Positions 26,220-38,422 of a stretch of DNA of 64,000 nt are shown here, in pieces; position 1 is the stretch's first letter; each line of letters begins with the position of its first letter. Below the pieces are notes generated by a model, which saw only the letters and a list, made by a program, of their open reading frames with translations, was not told the DNA's origin and made no database searches. The position numbers and the translations under genes were made by a program. Source of the stretch: Macrostomum lignano (taxonomy: Eukaryota); assembly GCA_002269645.1 (NCBI GenBank), contig NIVC01001362.1, forward strand, positions 241,752 to 305,751, written 5' to 3'.

Positions 26220-29200
26220 ATGGAAACTGGCTATGAAGAATTCGTTGCTGGCTCCGGCCATTCAGCCACAGTTGGCGCGTCAACGCGCAGCAAATCCAGC
26301 AGCAGTGCCAGACAGAAGCAGCGCCAGCAGCAGCAGCAGTTCGATAAGCTTCAGGCTAAATTGGCCAAACTTGCCAAGCACAAGAAATTGGCTGCCAAGA
26401 CTGGCGCTCCGGCCGCCACCGCCGCTGCTGCCGCTGCCACTGCTGCCACTTCAAAGAAGAAGAAAAAGCAGCAAAAAGCGGCGGAACAACAGCAACAGCA
26501 GCAAGTGCAGAAGCAGCAGCAACAGTCGCGCTTGTCAAAAAAGCAGCAGAAACAATTGAAGGAGCGCCAATCTGGCAGTGGCCGGTCCTCAGGTCGAGCT
26601 GAAGCCGCGGCCGCTTATCAGAACGACGACACCCTGTACGACTACGGACCCGAGGCGCAGGTGTTCCTCCGTATGCAGAGCTCTTTCGGCGGCGCCGATG
26701 CCTCTGCCGGTGCGACCAGCGTGAAAGAGCGAAAGCAGGCCAAGCCTGCCAAATTGAACAAGGTGATTTACCTGTTTTACTGTATTTTAAGCATCAGAAC
26801 CACACAATGCGTAAATAGAAAAATCTTCACCCTATCATTTACACTTCTGAGGCAAGAGAGGACAAAGAAGAGAGAGGGATTCGGAGAATGAGCTAAAAAG
26901 AGTCAAACCTTGAGCAGGCCGGATTGATATTGTCTAGTTTTAAAGAACCCGAGGGCCGGATAAAGAGACTTTAAGAGAGAAAGTTAATATAGATATAGTT
27001 AATATAGTTAAAATAAGAGTTAAAAATTAGACAGCATCGAACTTCAAAAGAAAGGGGTAACCAATTTATTAAATTTGCAACCAAAAATACACGCGCAGGC
27101 TAAAGTTCGTCAACAGCTCGATAGCGGCCAGGGCTTTGGCTTGCCACAGCAGCAGCAACAGGCCCATCAGTTGCACCAGCATCATCAGCAACAGCGTCAT
27201 CTTCAACGCCAGCATCATCATCACCAGCTGCAGCAGCAGCATCAGCTCTATCCTAGCGAGCAGAGGAACACCTGCGCTATGAACGCCACCCACCTGAAGA
27301 ACATGCTGAAGCTGCCCAAGGCGCACCGATGGGTGTTCTACGAATGGTTCTATTCTAACCTAGACCGGCCGCTCTTCCTTGGGCCGAACGATTTTCAAAA
27401 TTGTCTACGCGAAACTTTCCCGCTATTGCGCACCAGGCGCTTAACCAGAGCACAGTGGTCGCTGATTCGCAAACTGCTTGGCAAACCGCGCCGCTGTTCG
27501 CCGGCCTTCTTCGCCGAGGAGCGTCGAGCTTTGCACGAACGGCGCGATAAAATCCGTTCGCTGCAAAGGCGTCGATCCCTTAAAGAAGGCGAAAGTGTTC
27601 GGGAATTGCCGGATGATCTGCGAGTGCCAATGCCGCTTATTATTGGCACTAATGTGAGTGCTGTTCTTCGTTTGTTATAATTAATTTCGATACATATCGG
27701 TCTAAACTTGACGATAGTAATTAGTGTTTTCGATACATATCTGCTTGAAATAACCGATAGTAATAAAGATTTCAATACATATCGGCTTTAAGAATAACCG
27801 ATTAGCGGTAAATATCTTTGATAAATATCGGCTTAAGAGTACCGACCAGTGATAAATTTCTTCGATACATATCGGCTTAAATTACCGATTAATAAGTAAT
27901 AAATATTTTCGATACATATCGGTCAATATTTGCGCAGTCCGATAATTGCTAATAACTGTACTTTTATACATTTTAATTTTCCCTAACTATCACTTTTTCT
28001 TTCTCAAACGATATGTATCGAAATCAGCTTTCGATTTATAGATTTTATGCTTCTATGCATTATTTGTCCCCAATGGTAATTTCTAGTTGTGGTCAAGGCT
28101 GAACTCTGCAGTTTAGCTCTTTGATACTTGGGTTAAAAGTGTTTTTCAAGAAATTTATCCAAATATTGTAGCTTTTGCGATGCATATCGGTTAGATTTAG
28201 AGCTAACAGGCCTAACTGAAATGCCACCCACTTAACCAGGTGGTAGCCAGGGTTCGCTATCCAACCGACGGTCTCTACGCCGGCGTTGTTGACGCAATTG
28301 ACGGCTACAATCATTGCTACCGGGTCACTTTTGTCAAGCAGCCGCTAGGGACCCGGTCCATACCAGACTATGAGGTTCGCTCGATCATGGAACAGGAGAG
28401 CATTCCCTTGGCCTCCTACAAGACCAACCACCAGCCGTCTAGGGCGCTGTTCACCCCGGCCAGGCTGCTGGCTCAATCGTCCGCTAACAGCGCGTCCGCT
28501 TCCGGTCATCGAATTGGCGGCGTCGGCGACATTGGCGAGGTCACCCCAGGCGGCGTTGTGAAGCTCGGCGGCCTGACGAGCGCGGCCGCCGCAGAGATGC
28601 CGCCGCTGGTTGTGTCCAGCGTGACCCGATCGGCTCAGATGCTCGGCTTGAACGAGGAGGACTCGTTTAGCGGCTACGCTATTCGGTTTCTGCTGGTGAG
28701 TCAAATGAAGCTTTGTAATTTTTGTGCTTAAGTACATTCTAGGAAGGTCGCTAAAGTACATGAATTCTGGGATGGTCTCTAAAGTGCATTCTGGAAGGTC
28801 GCTAAGAGTGCATTCTGGAAGGTCGCTAAGAGTGCATTCTGGAAGGTCGCTAAGAGTGCATTCTGGAAGGTCGCTAAGAGTGCATTCTGGAAGGTCGCTA
28901 AGAGTGCATTCTGGAAGGTCGCTAAGAGTGCATTCTGGAAGGTCGCTAAGAGTGCATTCTGGAAGGTCGCTAAGAGTGCATTCTGGGAGGTCGATAAAGT
29001 GCATTCTAGGAGGGTCGCTAAAGTGATCTAGTTATTAACCGTTTCTCTTAAAGTACATTCTAAAATACTCGTGTCAGTGCGCAGGCCGTAGATGCGTAAT
29101 AAACATTCGTTCTTTTACATCTCCTTGCAGGTGCTTACCCGCCTGATGAAGATGGTAGAGCGCAAGAAACGCTGCCTAGACGATCTGCGCCAGCTAAACG

Positions 29201-30675
29201 ATCAAGCCGAACTGTTGGTCACCTCGGCTAGACCAGCCAGTCTGCAGCTCGTGCACGACTACTCGGCCTGTCTGCTGGGTTTGCGCCGGCTCAATACGGA
29301 ACTGCGGCCACATTTAACCAGCGCCGCCCAGCTGGCCGGCGAGCTCGGCCACGAGCGCGGCCTGCCGCCCGATCCGGCGGTCGAACTGAAATCCAAAGCC
29401 GGCGAATTGGCCGTGTCGGCTGTTAGCCGGGCCGAGACTCGCCTGGCTGGCGGGCCGTTGCGCAATTTGAAGAGCGCCGATTTGGTTACGCAACTGGTGA
29501 CGCTGCTTGCTCTACTGCGTCGGGTTGCCGAGCGGCGTCCGGAGGAGCAGGTAACTAATTGTTTAAACGGCCCTTTTTTGAGGCAACATCTTGAATATGC
29601 GTTCTTACGGCTCTTGTGACACCCAATAAACTCGAATATTTGAGGTATTGGTATTAACTAACCACGCTCGACGAATGACAGGAGATCAAATTTTCTGTCG
29701 ATTGCATACATCGGTCTATCGAGACAGGGGTGTCCACCAAGAGACCAGGGGTGTCCATCAAGAGACCAGGGGTGTCCACCAAGAGACAGGGGTGTCCACC
29801 AAGCGACAGGGGCGCTCACCAAGATACAGTGGCGCTCACCAAGAGACAGGGGGCGCTCACCAAGAGACAGGTGGCGCTCACCAAGAAACAGGGGCGCTCA
29901 CCAAGAAACAGGGGCGCTCACCAAGAGACATAGGGCGCTCACCAAGAGACAGGGGGCGCTCACCAAGAAACAGGGGGCGCTCACCAAGAGACAGGGGCGC
30001 TCACCAAGAGACAGGGGCGCTCACCAAGAGACAGGGGGCGCTCACCAAGAGACAGGGGCGCTCACCAAGAGACAGGGGGCGCTCACCAAGAGACAGGGCG
30101 CTCACCAAGAGACAGGGGCGCTCACCAAGAGACAGGGGGCGCTCACCAAGAGACAGGGGCGCTCACCAAGATACAGGGGCGCTGACCAAGATACAGGGGG
30201 CGCTCACCAAGAGACATAGGGCGCTCACCAAGAGACATAGGGCGCTCACCAAGAGACATAGGGCGCTCACCAAGAGACAGGGGTGTCCACCAAGAGACGG
30301 GCGCTCACCAAGATACAGGGGCGCTCAGCAAGAGACGGGCGCCAACCGAGACACCAAATATTGGCGCCTCTTAAGTTTTGCCCCTTTGTAATTTAGTATG
30401 TAAAATTTGAGTCTGTTTTTCTCTAGGTTAAAATCGAGAATTCGAGAATTGTAGAATTGCCAGTGCCCATTTGATACAAACTATTTGTCTCTTTCCCACA
30501 GGACTACGGGCCCGTCCGCTCTTTACTAGCCGAGGTGAAGGCCTCGCTGCACTCTGGCAACGTGAGCTTCTTTGAGAACACCGTGGAAGTTCATCTGCAA
30601 GCTGTGCTGGCTCGCCTAGACGAGGGCGCCCCGTTGCATCCGTTCCATCTTCGAGCGGCGTCAAACTACTTCTGA
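26220..30675 (+). CDS. lin-9: LIN-9 homologue (MuvB/DREAM subunit; DIRP and Tudor-like domains)
   Basis: Exons 26220-26762, 27099-27653, 28240-28695, 29131-29550 and 30502-30675, all GT-AG phase 0. Motifs LKLPKAHRWVFYEWFYSNLDRPLF, LTRAQWSLIRKLLGKPRRCSPAFFAEER, DGLYAGVVDAID...YRVTF and FFENTVEVHL. Confidence 0.95.
27685..28025. repeat. Degenerate repeats of the CGATATGTATCG dyad in lin-9 intron 2
   Basis: About 6 copies in reverse orientation (TTCGATACATATCGG) plus one forward copy near 28010. Confidence 0.75.
28735..29025. repeat. 24-bp minisatellite (GTGCATTCTGGAAGGTCGCTAAGA) in lin-9 intron 3
   Basis: Read directly. Confidence 0.95.
29720..30345. repeat. 20-21-bp minisatellite (CACCAAGAGACAGGGGCGCT) in lin-9 intron 4
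   Basis: Read directly. Confidence 0.95.
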
Positions 30676-32414
30676 ATTATATTTTACGATTACTACTACC
30701 ACTATTACTTCAAGTAGTCTCGTTTGGGTTTTTAGTCGCTGTAACTTAATTCTCTGAAATTCTATATTTTCCAATTTAATTGTAATACAGCTGAGTATTG
30801 GATTCTAAGGATTCCAATATTTTATTCTGCTCCGAAACATTGTAAGTACTTGTTTCTCTGTTTTTCTTTTTTTGCTTGTGTCCAAAATATTTATAATCCC
30901 CTTTCTTTATTTTAAGTTTTGCTCGTGCTATCGATGTTACTTGTACACTAACTAAAAACTAGTAGGCAAAATAGTTCGTCAGACTTTTTAACGTACCGAT
31001 TCAGACTTTTTCGGTGTTTTTGATACCGATATGTATCGAAAGCATGTTTCGCTGGATTACATACTAATTGTCAAATGCCGATATGTATCGAATGATGCAT
31101 AAAATTGAGTTAATGGTTTTTTAAATAATTACCTGCAACTTTGTTAAGTGTAATGCCGATATGTATCGAAAGTTTAAAAATAAAAAAGCAAAATTTGTAG
31201 TAAATGCTCTTGGCCTTGCGCGTTTGGTAAATTTCAATCTGTTACATGTCTATTGTATATTCTTTAATTTTCTGTCTCCCTGTCAATGCTGTTTAATCCT
31301 CAGTTTGTCTCTTTGCCACATAGCCATCATATTTTGTTTATATAAGCCTGAAAAACTAAACTGAAAAAATCGTGCACTTTGCGCTACTCTGCGCAAATTT
31401 TTCTCTGTCTGCTTCATTTCTAATTGTGGCATTTCGTCCCAGCTCGTACTCGGCCCTCTTTGCTTATCTGTCTTTTCCCTTAATCCTTTGTCACTGCGTC
31501 ATTTTATATCATACAGTTTGAACAGCAATTTTTATTATATATGTATCTATGTAATCTATGTACAGCCGTAGCTATTCATTAAATTCGTTCTCAATTGTGT
31601 TGTACTTGTTTTACGGCTAAATAATAACAGCACAATAAGTAATTTTCTTCCTACTACTAGTAGTATAAGTGGCTATGCGATTGCTTTTGTTCGGAACTTT
31701 GCTACAGTTATCTAAGCTGATAAGACATTAACGAAAATCAACCGATTTGTGTGAATAAATGGACTAAAATTATATATCAGGCTAAAATTGTACCATTAGT
31801 AGTCTGGTGTGCATATGATCGGGATTTTCTATTTTTATCCGAAAATATATTCAAGTCCGAAAAGAAGAGGCAGTGCCGGAGCCCTCTGTTGGCTTGGGTC
31901 TGTTTCTTTAAGTGTTAACTAAGTTGATTCAAATTTTCATGGTGAATCGCCAATTAGCAGCAAAATATATCAGCCTTTACCAAGACTTCATTTTTTTATC
32001 AGTAAGCTACTCAGTACTCTGTAAGTCCAGGCATGAAGACAGCGTTAGTGTGAATTTTATTCACAGACATTAATAACGACGAATGGAAAGGACTTACTTT
32101 GGGTCCTCGTCCTGGGAGTCCTCTTTTTAAAGCAAATAGGAGTATTTGAAATGTGGGCATAAAATGCTTTCTATCATCTGATCTCTACATCTACAGTGAA
32201 GTTTGGGCGTATTAAATAATGGTACAGTACAGATATTCAAGTTTAGTTTTTGTCCTGTCCTTGTGTTTTGACTAGGCTTGACTTAGGATGACTTAGCATG
32301 GAAACACTGACTTCGGACTCCTTTTTTCTATTGTATTGTAAGTTGTAGACACCTTTTTATTTTCTCTCTGAATCTTGGGTATAAAGTAAAGATCTTCTTC
32401 ACATTTGACTAAGC

Positions 32415-32486
32415 GGCTCAGTGGTCTAGGGGTATGATTCTCGCTTTGGGTGCGAGAGGTCCCGGGTTCAAATCCCGGCTGAGCCC
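32415..32486 (+). tRNA. tRNA-Pro(TGG): tRNA-Pro (anticodon TGG)
   Basis: 72 nt, GGCTCAGTGGTCTAGGGGTATGATTCTCGCTTTGGGTGCGAGAGGTCCCGGGTTCAAATCCCGGCTGAGCCC; full cloverleaf followed by a TTTT terminator. Confidence 0.97.
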
Positions 32487-32900
32487 ATGTTTTTGTTTTC
32501 CTCTCCTACTTAACTTTTTTCATCTTTGTCAAATATTTCTTTAAGTATATTTATTAGGAAGCAGAAAAATATCTAATTCCAAATAGCATTTCTGATTTCG
32601 GTTCTGGCGAACTTGTCAGAAATTGTACATTAATACTTAACTTGTACATTATACAAGTGCTATCCATTCTACACTACTTACTATTGGCTTATCATTTAAT
32701 GGCTCTTTCAGTACTAAATTGTAGGTTTTATCTACTTTTTAGCTACATGAAATTGAATTTTTAACTTAACGATACTTAAGATTCAAGATGAATGTAAACA
32801 TAACTTTATATTAACTTTCGGCCAAAAAGTTTCTAACTAAAAAAGGTGAGCGTTATTATTCTTAGTATAACTTATTGCTACCCCGAAGCCAAAAGTATAA

Positions 32901-32917
32901 CGCCCCCGGGTGGGCTC

Positions 32918-32954
<37 letters not shown>

Positions 32955-32974
32955 GCCGATTGCGCCACGGAGGC
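32901..32974 (-). tRNA. tRNA-Asn(GTT): tRNA-Asn (anticodon GTT)
   Basis: 74 nt on the minus strand, GCCTCCGTGGCGCAATCGGCTAGCGCGTTCGGCTGTTAACCGAAAGGTTGGTGGTTCGAGCCCACCCGGGGGCG; full cloverleaf. Confidence 0.97.
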
Positions 32975-33621
32975 GTTACTTAGAGCATCAAAATTAGAGT
33001 ATAAATACCTAAAGACTTATGGGCCGTGGAATTTAGGAAAGAGCCATCATGAAAAACACGCGTGACATGTCCCACTGTACCCAACCCTTATCGTCCTTGG
33101 CTAGCCAATGAGCTGTCTGTCTCTCGTTTAGAGGACGCTAGCACTGTAATTGTACTTGGCGCCAATGTACAGACACCAAGAAAATGTGTCATGTGCGACA
33201 GGCCGCCTTTTTCGTGGAGTTCAATGACCAGTCTATAAAACACAGCAATGCAAGGCCGAATTCTTCAGAAAAATTTGCTTATTGCAGTTCCAGTGCACTG
33301 TTACTCAATTACAGCCCAAGCAATTTCAAAGCCTCCAGCCGTTGTGAATGTTCAAAATATTGGCCAGGTTGGTCAAATCATCAGCAGTGAAAGTGTCGGC
33401 ACAAAGCAGTACACGAAGTCTCTTCAAGAAGCAGCAGCAACAGCAGACTGTGAGCTGCCACCAGCCCGCTTGTGGTCGTCAGGCGTTTAATTCGGTCAGC
33501 TTCGCTAAAAAGCGAATCAACTCGAGAGCGAAATTTTGCGGCTCCTGACTTTTTCATTGAAAGTTCGATTTGAATCTAACCGCATAAATCAATTAATTCA
33601 TTCAATTGATTGATCAAGCAA

Positions 33622-33903
33622 ATGGCTCACAAGCAACAGCGTCGACAGGTCATCAAGGACGACGACACTGTTGCCGACAGCGGCTCCGTGGACACCAACA
33701 CCAAGAGGAGACGCCGCGACCAGTTGGACTCGGAGGTCTCCTCAGTTGACTCGGGCTACGAAGACGCCGCCTTGTCGCCAAGTTCCAGCAGTTCAACGTC
33801 GAGCTCGGAGGCTCAAACCGATGTTGCCAGTGCCATCGGCGGCGACTGGTGCTGGGGTCAATTCGGGTCACGACAGGCCTTTGTGGAGCTGCACCTCTGC
33901 TGA
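33622..33903 (+). CDS. Hypothetical acidic/Ser-rich protein or terminal exon (93 aa)
   Basis: GC-rich ORF in AT-rich context with KRRRR, DSGYED, a Ser-rich tract and C-terminal WCWGQFGSRQAFVELHLC. No family recognised. Confidence 0.4.
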   Translation: MAHKQQRRQVIKDDDTVADSGSVDTNTKRRRRDQLDSEVSSVDSGYEDAALSPSSSSSTSSSEAQTDVASAIGGDWCWGQFGSRQAFVELHLC

Positions 33904-34614
33904 CTAAGTTTTCTTCGATTCGAAACACCCAATCGATAAAACTATGCAATCGAAGTCGATAAAATTGGATTGATAATGCCAATAATGATGATGATTATTA
34001 ATTTTGAAATTAAGACTTGCATCACAAAAACATTTTTTTAATTCATCCGTAAATGTAAAAATTCTAGCCTATAGTAGACTAGAATCCAATTTTGTTGTTT
34101 TTTACAAGTCTAATTCATCATAATACTGTGTAAATTTATAAAAATTGCTCCATTCATTGATTATGCAAGTTCTTAAAATTGTCCCTTTATAAAATTGTTT
34201 GGTTAATTGATATTATACTCTAGCAGATCTATAAATAGGTCTGCATATGTTGTTCAATATTTAAGACACCATTATTTTTTCTGTTATCTAATCTATACTT
34301 TAAAATGAAAAAGCTGTTATATTCTAAATACTCTCTTATCAGTAGCCAAATTAATCATAGCACTGGCCCATAGTAAAACAATACTGGTGTTCTAATCTAA
34401 ATTCACAAAATGGCAAATTGTTTTTATTAAACTGTTTAAATTAGCCAAATACTGTAGTGCACTCTGTAGCTAACTTAGCTAGGCCCTAGAAAGTTTTATA
34501 CTGTATAAGTAAATTGGGAATTAACCTAGGTACAAAAACAGTGAACATTGTAAAAATTAAATTCGAGTATTTTTATCAGTGCTTTTTTATTTTTTTATTT
34601 TAGATAAAACCTCG

Positions 34615-34890
34615 TTTGGATTGGGCGCCATTTATGACTGGGTTGAGCGCCGTTTAAAGACAGGATTGGGTGCCATTTTAGAAAGACAGGATTGAGCGCC
34701 GTTTTAAGATAAGATTGGGCTTCATTTTAAGACTGGTGACTAAGTTGAGCGCCATTTTAAGACAGGATTGAGCGCCGTTTTAAGACAGGGTTGGGCGCCA
34801 TTCTTAGACAGGACAGGATTGAGCGCCGTTTTAAGACAGGGTTGGGCGCCATTCTTAGACAGGACAGGATTGAGCGCCGTTTTAAGACTG
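34615..34890. repeat. Degenerate GAGCGCCGTTTTAAGACAGGATT/GGGCGCCATT repeats
   Basis: Read directly. Confidence 0.8.
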
Positions 34891-35371
34891 ATTTTAGCTT
34901 TGAGTCCAATGCTACAAAGACAGGATGGGAGTGCGCGCTTTGCTAGTTATCTGAGACTATTCAGATATACTATACTTGTATACTGTATACTCGTATGTGA
35001 AGGCGAAAATTTGCCACGTCACGTGGGGTGAACAGCTGTGCAGTGTAAAGTGTGCATGCATGTTTGTATACATGTACATGTGCCCCTAATGTTTTCTGAT
35101 TACAGTATGGGCCAAGTCGTGTTTTCAAACCATATGCTTGATTAATCATCACCCACAGCTGCAGCACAGAAAATGTGAAGCTACATGCACATGTGATATA
35201 CTACTATAGGTGGGCTCACTTATTGACGCGATGGCTAATAATGTTATGAACTTGTTTTCAAAGGCTTCTTGTTTTTATTGCAACAGCTGAGCTGGGTACA
35301 ATTAAATCACGTTGCAAAAATTTAATCAAAGAAGCAGGCTATAGGGGTTAGTTTAACCAATTACATATGTA

Positions 35372-38165
35372 GTGGCGCCAACAGCGTCAAACCAATTTAT
35401 GGCGCTGCCAACAGTGTCAAACCAATCTGTGGCGCTGCCAACAGTGTCAAACCAATTTGTGGCGCTGCCAACAGTGTCAAACCAATTTATGGCGCTGCCA
35501 ACAGTGTCAAACCAATTTATGGCGCTGCCAACAGTGTCACACCAATCTGTGGCGCTGCCAACAGTGTCAAACCAATCTGTGGCGCTGCCAACAGTGTCAA
35601 ACCAATCTGTGGCGCTGCCAACAGTGTCAAACCAATCTGTGGCGCTGCCAACAGTGTCAAACCAATCTGTGGCGCTGCCAACAGTGTCACACCAATCTGT
35701 GGCGCTGCCAACAGTGTCACACCAATCTGTGGCGCTGCCAACAGTGTCAAACCAATCTGTGGCGCTGCCAACAGTGTCAAACCAATCTGTGGCGCTGCCA
35801 ACAGTGTCAAACCAATTTGTGGCGCTGCCAACAGTGTCACACCAATTTGTGGCGCTGCCAACAGTGTCAAACCAATCTGTGGCGCTGCCAACAGTGTCAA
35901 ACCAATCTGTGGCGCTGCCAACAGTGTCAAACCAATCTGTGGCGCTGCCAACAGTGTCACACCAATCTGTGGCGCTGCCAACAGTGTCAAACCAATCTGT
36001 GGCGCTGCCAACAGTGTCACACCAATCTGTGGCGCTGCCAACAGTGTCAAACCAATCTGTGGCGCTGCCAACAGTGTCAAACCAATCTGTGGCGCTGCCA
36101 ACAGTGTCACACCAATCTGTGGCGCTGCCAACAGTGTCAAACCAATCTGTGGCGCTGCCAACAGTGTCAAACCAATCTGTGGCGCTGCCAACAGTGTCAA
36201 ACCAATCTGTGGCGCTGCCAACAGTGTCAAACCAATCTGTGGCGCTGCCAACAGTGTCAAACCAATTTGTGGCGCTGCCAACAGTGTCAAACCAATTTGT
36301 GGCGCTGCCAACAGTGTCAAACCAATCTGTGGCGCTGCCAACAGTGTCAAACCAATCTGTGGCGCTGCCAACAGTGTCAAACCAATTTGTGGCGCTGCCA
36401 ACAGTGTCAAACCAATCTGTGGCGCTGCCAACAGTGTCAAACCAATCTGTGGCGCTGCCAACAGTGTCAAACCAATTTGTGGCGCTGCCAACAGTGTCAA
36501 ACCAATTTGTGGCGCTGCCAACAGTGTCAAACCAATCTGTGGCGCTGCCAACAGTGTCAAACCAATCTGTGGCGCTGCCAACAGTGTCAAACCAATTTGT
36601 GGCGCTGCCAACAGTGTCAAACCAATTTGTGGCGCTGCCAACAGTGTCAAACCAATCTGTGGCGCTGCCAACAGTGTCAAACCAATTTGTGGCGCTGCCA
36701 ACAGTGTCAAACCAATTTGTGGCGCTGCCAACAGTGTCAAACCAATCTGTGGCGCTGCCAACAGTGTCAAACCAATTTGTGGCGCTGCCAACAGTGTCAA
36801 ACCAATTTGTGGCGCTGCCAACAGTGTCACACCAATCTGTGGCGCTGCCAACAGTGTCAAACCAATCTGTGGCGCTGCCAACAGTGTCAAACCAATCTGT
36901 GGCGCTGCCAACAGTGTCAAACCAATCTGTGGCGCTGCCAACAGTGTCAAACCAATCTGTGGCGCTGCCAACAGTGTCAAACCAATCTGTGGCGCTGCCA
37001 ACAGTGTCACACCAATCTGTGGCGCTGCCAACAGTGTCAAACCAATCTGTGGCGCTGCCAACAGTGTCAAACCAATCTGTGGCGCTGCCAACAGTGTCAC
37101 ACCAATCTGTGGCGCTGCCAACAGTGTCAAACCAATCTGTGGCGCTGCCAACAGTGTCAAACCAATCTGTGGCGCTGCCAACAGTGTCAAACCAATCTGT
37201 GGCGCTGCCAACAGTGTCAAACCAATCTGTGGCGCTGCCAACAGTGTCAAACCAATCTGTGGCGCTGCCAACAGTGTCAAACCAATCTGTGGCGCTGCCA
37301 ACAGTGTCAAACCAATCTGTGGCGCTGCCAACAGTGTCAAACCAATTTGTGGCGCTGCCAACAGTGTCACACCAATCTGTGGCGCTGCCAACAGTGTCAC
37401 ACCAATCTGTGGCGCTGCCAACAGTGTCAAACCAATCTGTGGCGCTGCCAACAGTGTCAAACCAATCTGTGGCGCTGCCAACAGTGTCAAACCAATCTGT
37501 GGCGCTGCCAACAGTGTCAAACCAATCTGTGGCGCTGCCAACAGTGTCACACCAATCTGTGGCGCTGCCAACAGTGTCACACCAATCTGTGGCGCTGCCA
37601 ACAGTGTCAAACCAATCTGTGGCGCTGCCAACAGTGTCAAACCAATCTGTGGCGCTGCCAACAGTGTCAAACCAATCTGTGGCGCTGCCAACAGTGTCAA
37701 ACCAATCTGTGGCGCTGCCAACAGTGTCACACCAATCTGTGGCGCTGCCAACAGTGTCACACCAATCTGTGGCGCTGCCAACAGTGTCAAACCAATCTGT
37801 GGCGCTGCCAACAGTGTCAAACCAATCTGTGGCGCTGCCAACAGTGTCAAACCAATCTGTGGCGCTGCCAACAGTGTCAAACCAATCTGTGGCGCTGTCA
37901 ACAGTGTCACACCAATCTGTGGCGCTGCCAACAGTGTCACACCAATCTGTGGCGCTGCCAACAGTGTCAAACCAATCTGTGGCGCTGCCAACAGTGTCCA
38001 ACCAATTTGTGGAGCCAATACTTAAAGTAACTATACATGTATAACCATGCAGTTTGTGGCGCCAATAAGTATCTATATAACCAATTTGTGGCGCCAAATA
38101 AAATGTCTATAACCAATTTGTGGCGCCAATAAAATGTCTATAACCAATTTGTGGCGCCAATAAAA
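35372..38165. repeat. 30-bp satellite (GTGGCGCTGCCAACAGTGTCAAACCAATCT), ~88 copies, with a related 31-bp unit at 38040-38165
   Basis: Exact 30-bp period; variation is essentially confined to two positions. Confidence 0.98.
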
Positions 38166-38422
38166 TTATCTTCAGATTAAGACGTAATCGTGCTATTCTA
38201 CTACTGCATTAAGTCAGTAGTATAAATTGTCAATAGAAAAAAAATAATTAAGAACCGAAAAATTATCTTACATTATTTTTTGCTTCACAATTTTTTCAAG
38301 TTTACAAGTCTTTGATCGCATCATTACTTGTCCTGTAGAGAAACTCAAAACTTCCAACCAGAGTTGATTGCTCTGGTAAGTTTAGAATCGATTTGTTTAA
38401 CAACACACAACGCAGAATTCAA

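Noticed and set aside
32030-32330. Hairpins followed by T-runs upstream of tRNA-Pro (possible Pol III ncRNA)
   Set aside because: No convincing A/B box, cloverleaf or snRNA/snoRNA consensus; it would need an Infernal/Rfam search.
35353-38097. 833-914-aa ORFs in four frames (e.g. SATDWFDTVG, WRCQQCQTNL repeats)
   Set aside because: They follow from a stop-free 30-bp unit. No frame keeps both variants silent, and there is no credible unique N- or C-terminal domain.
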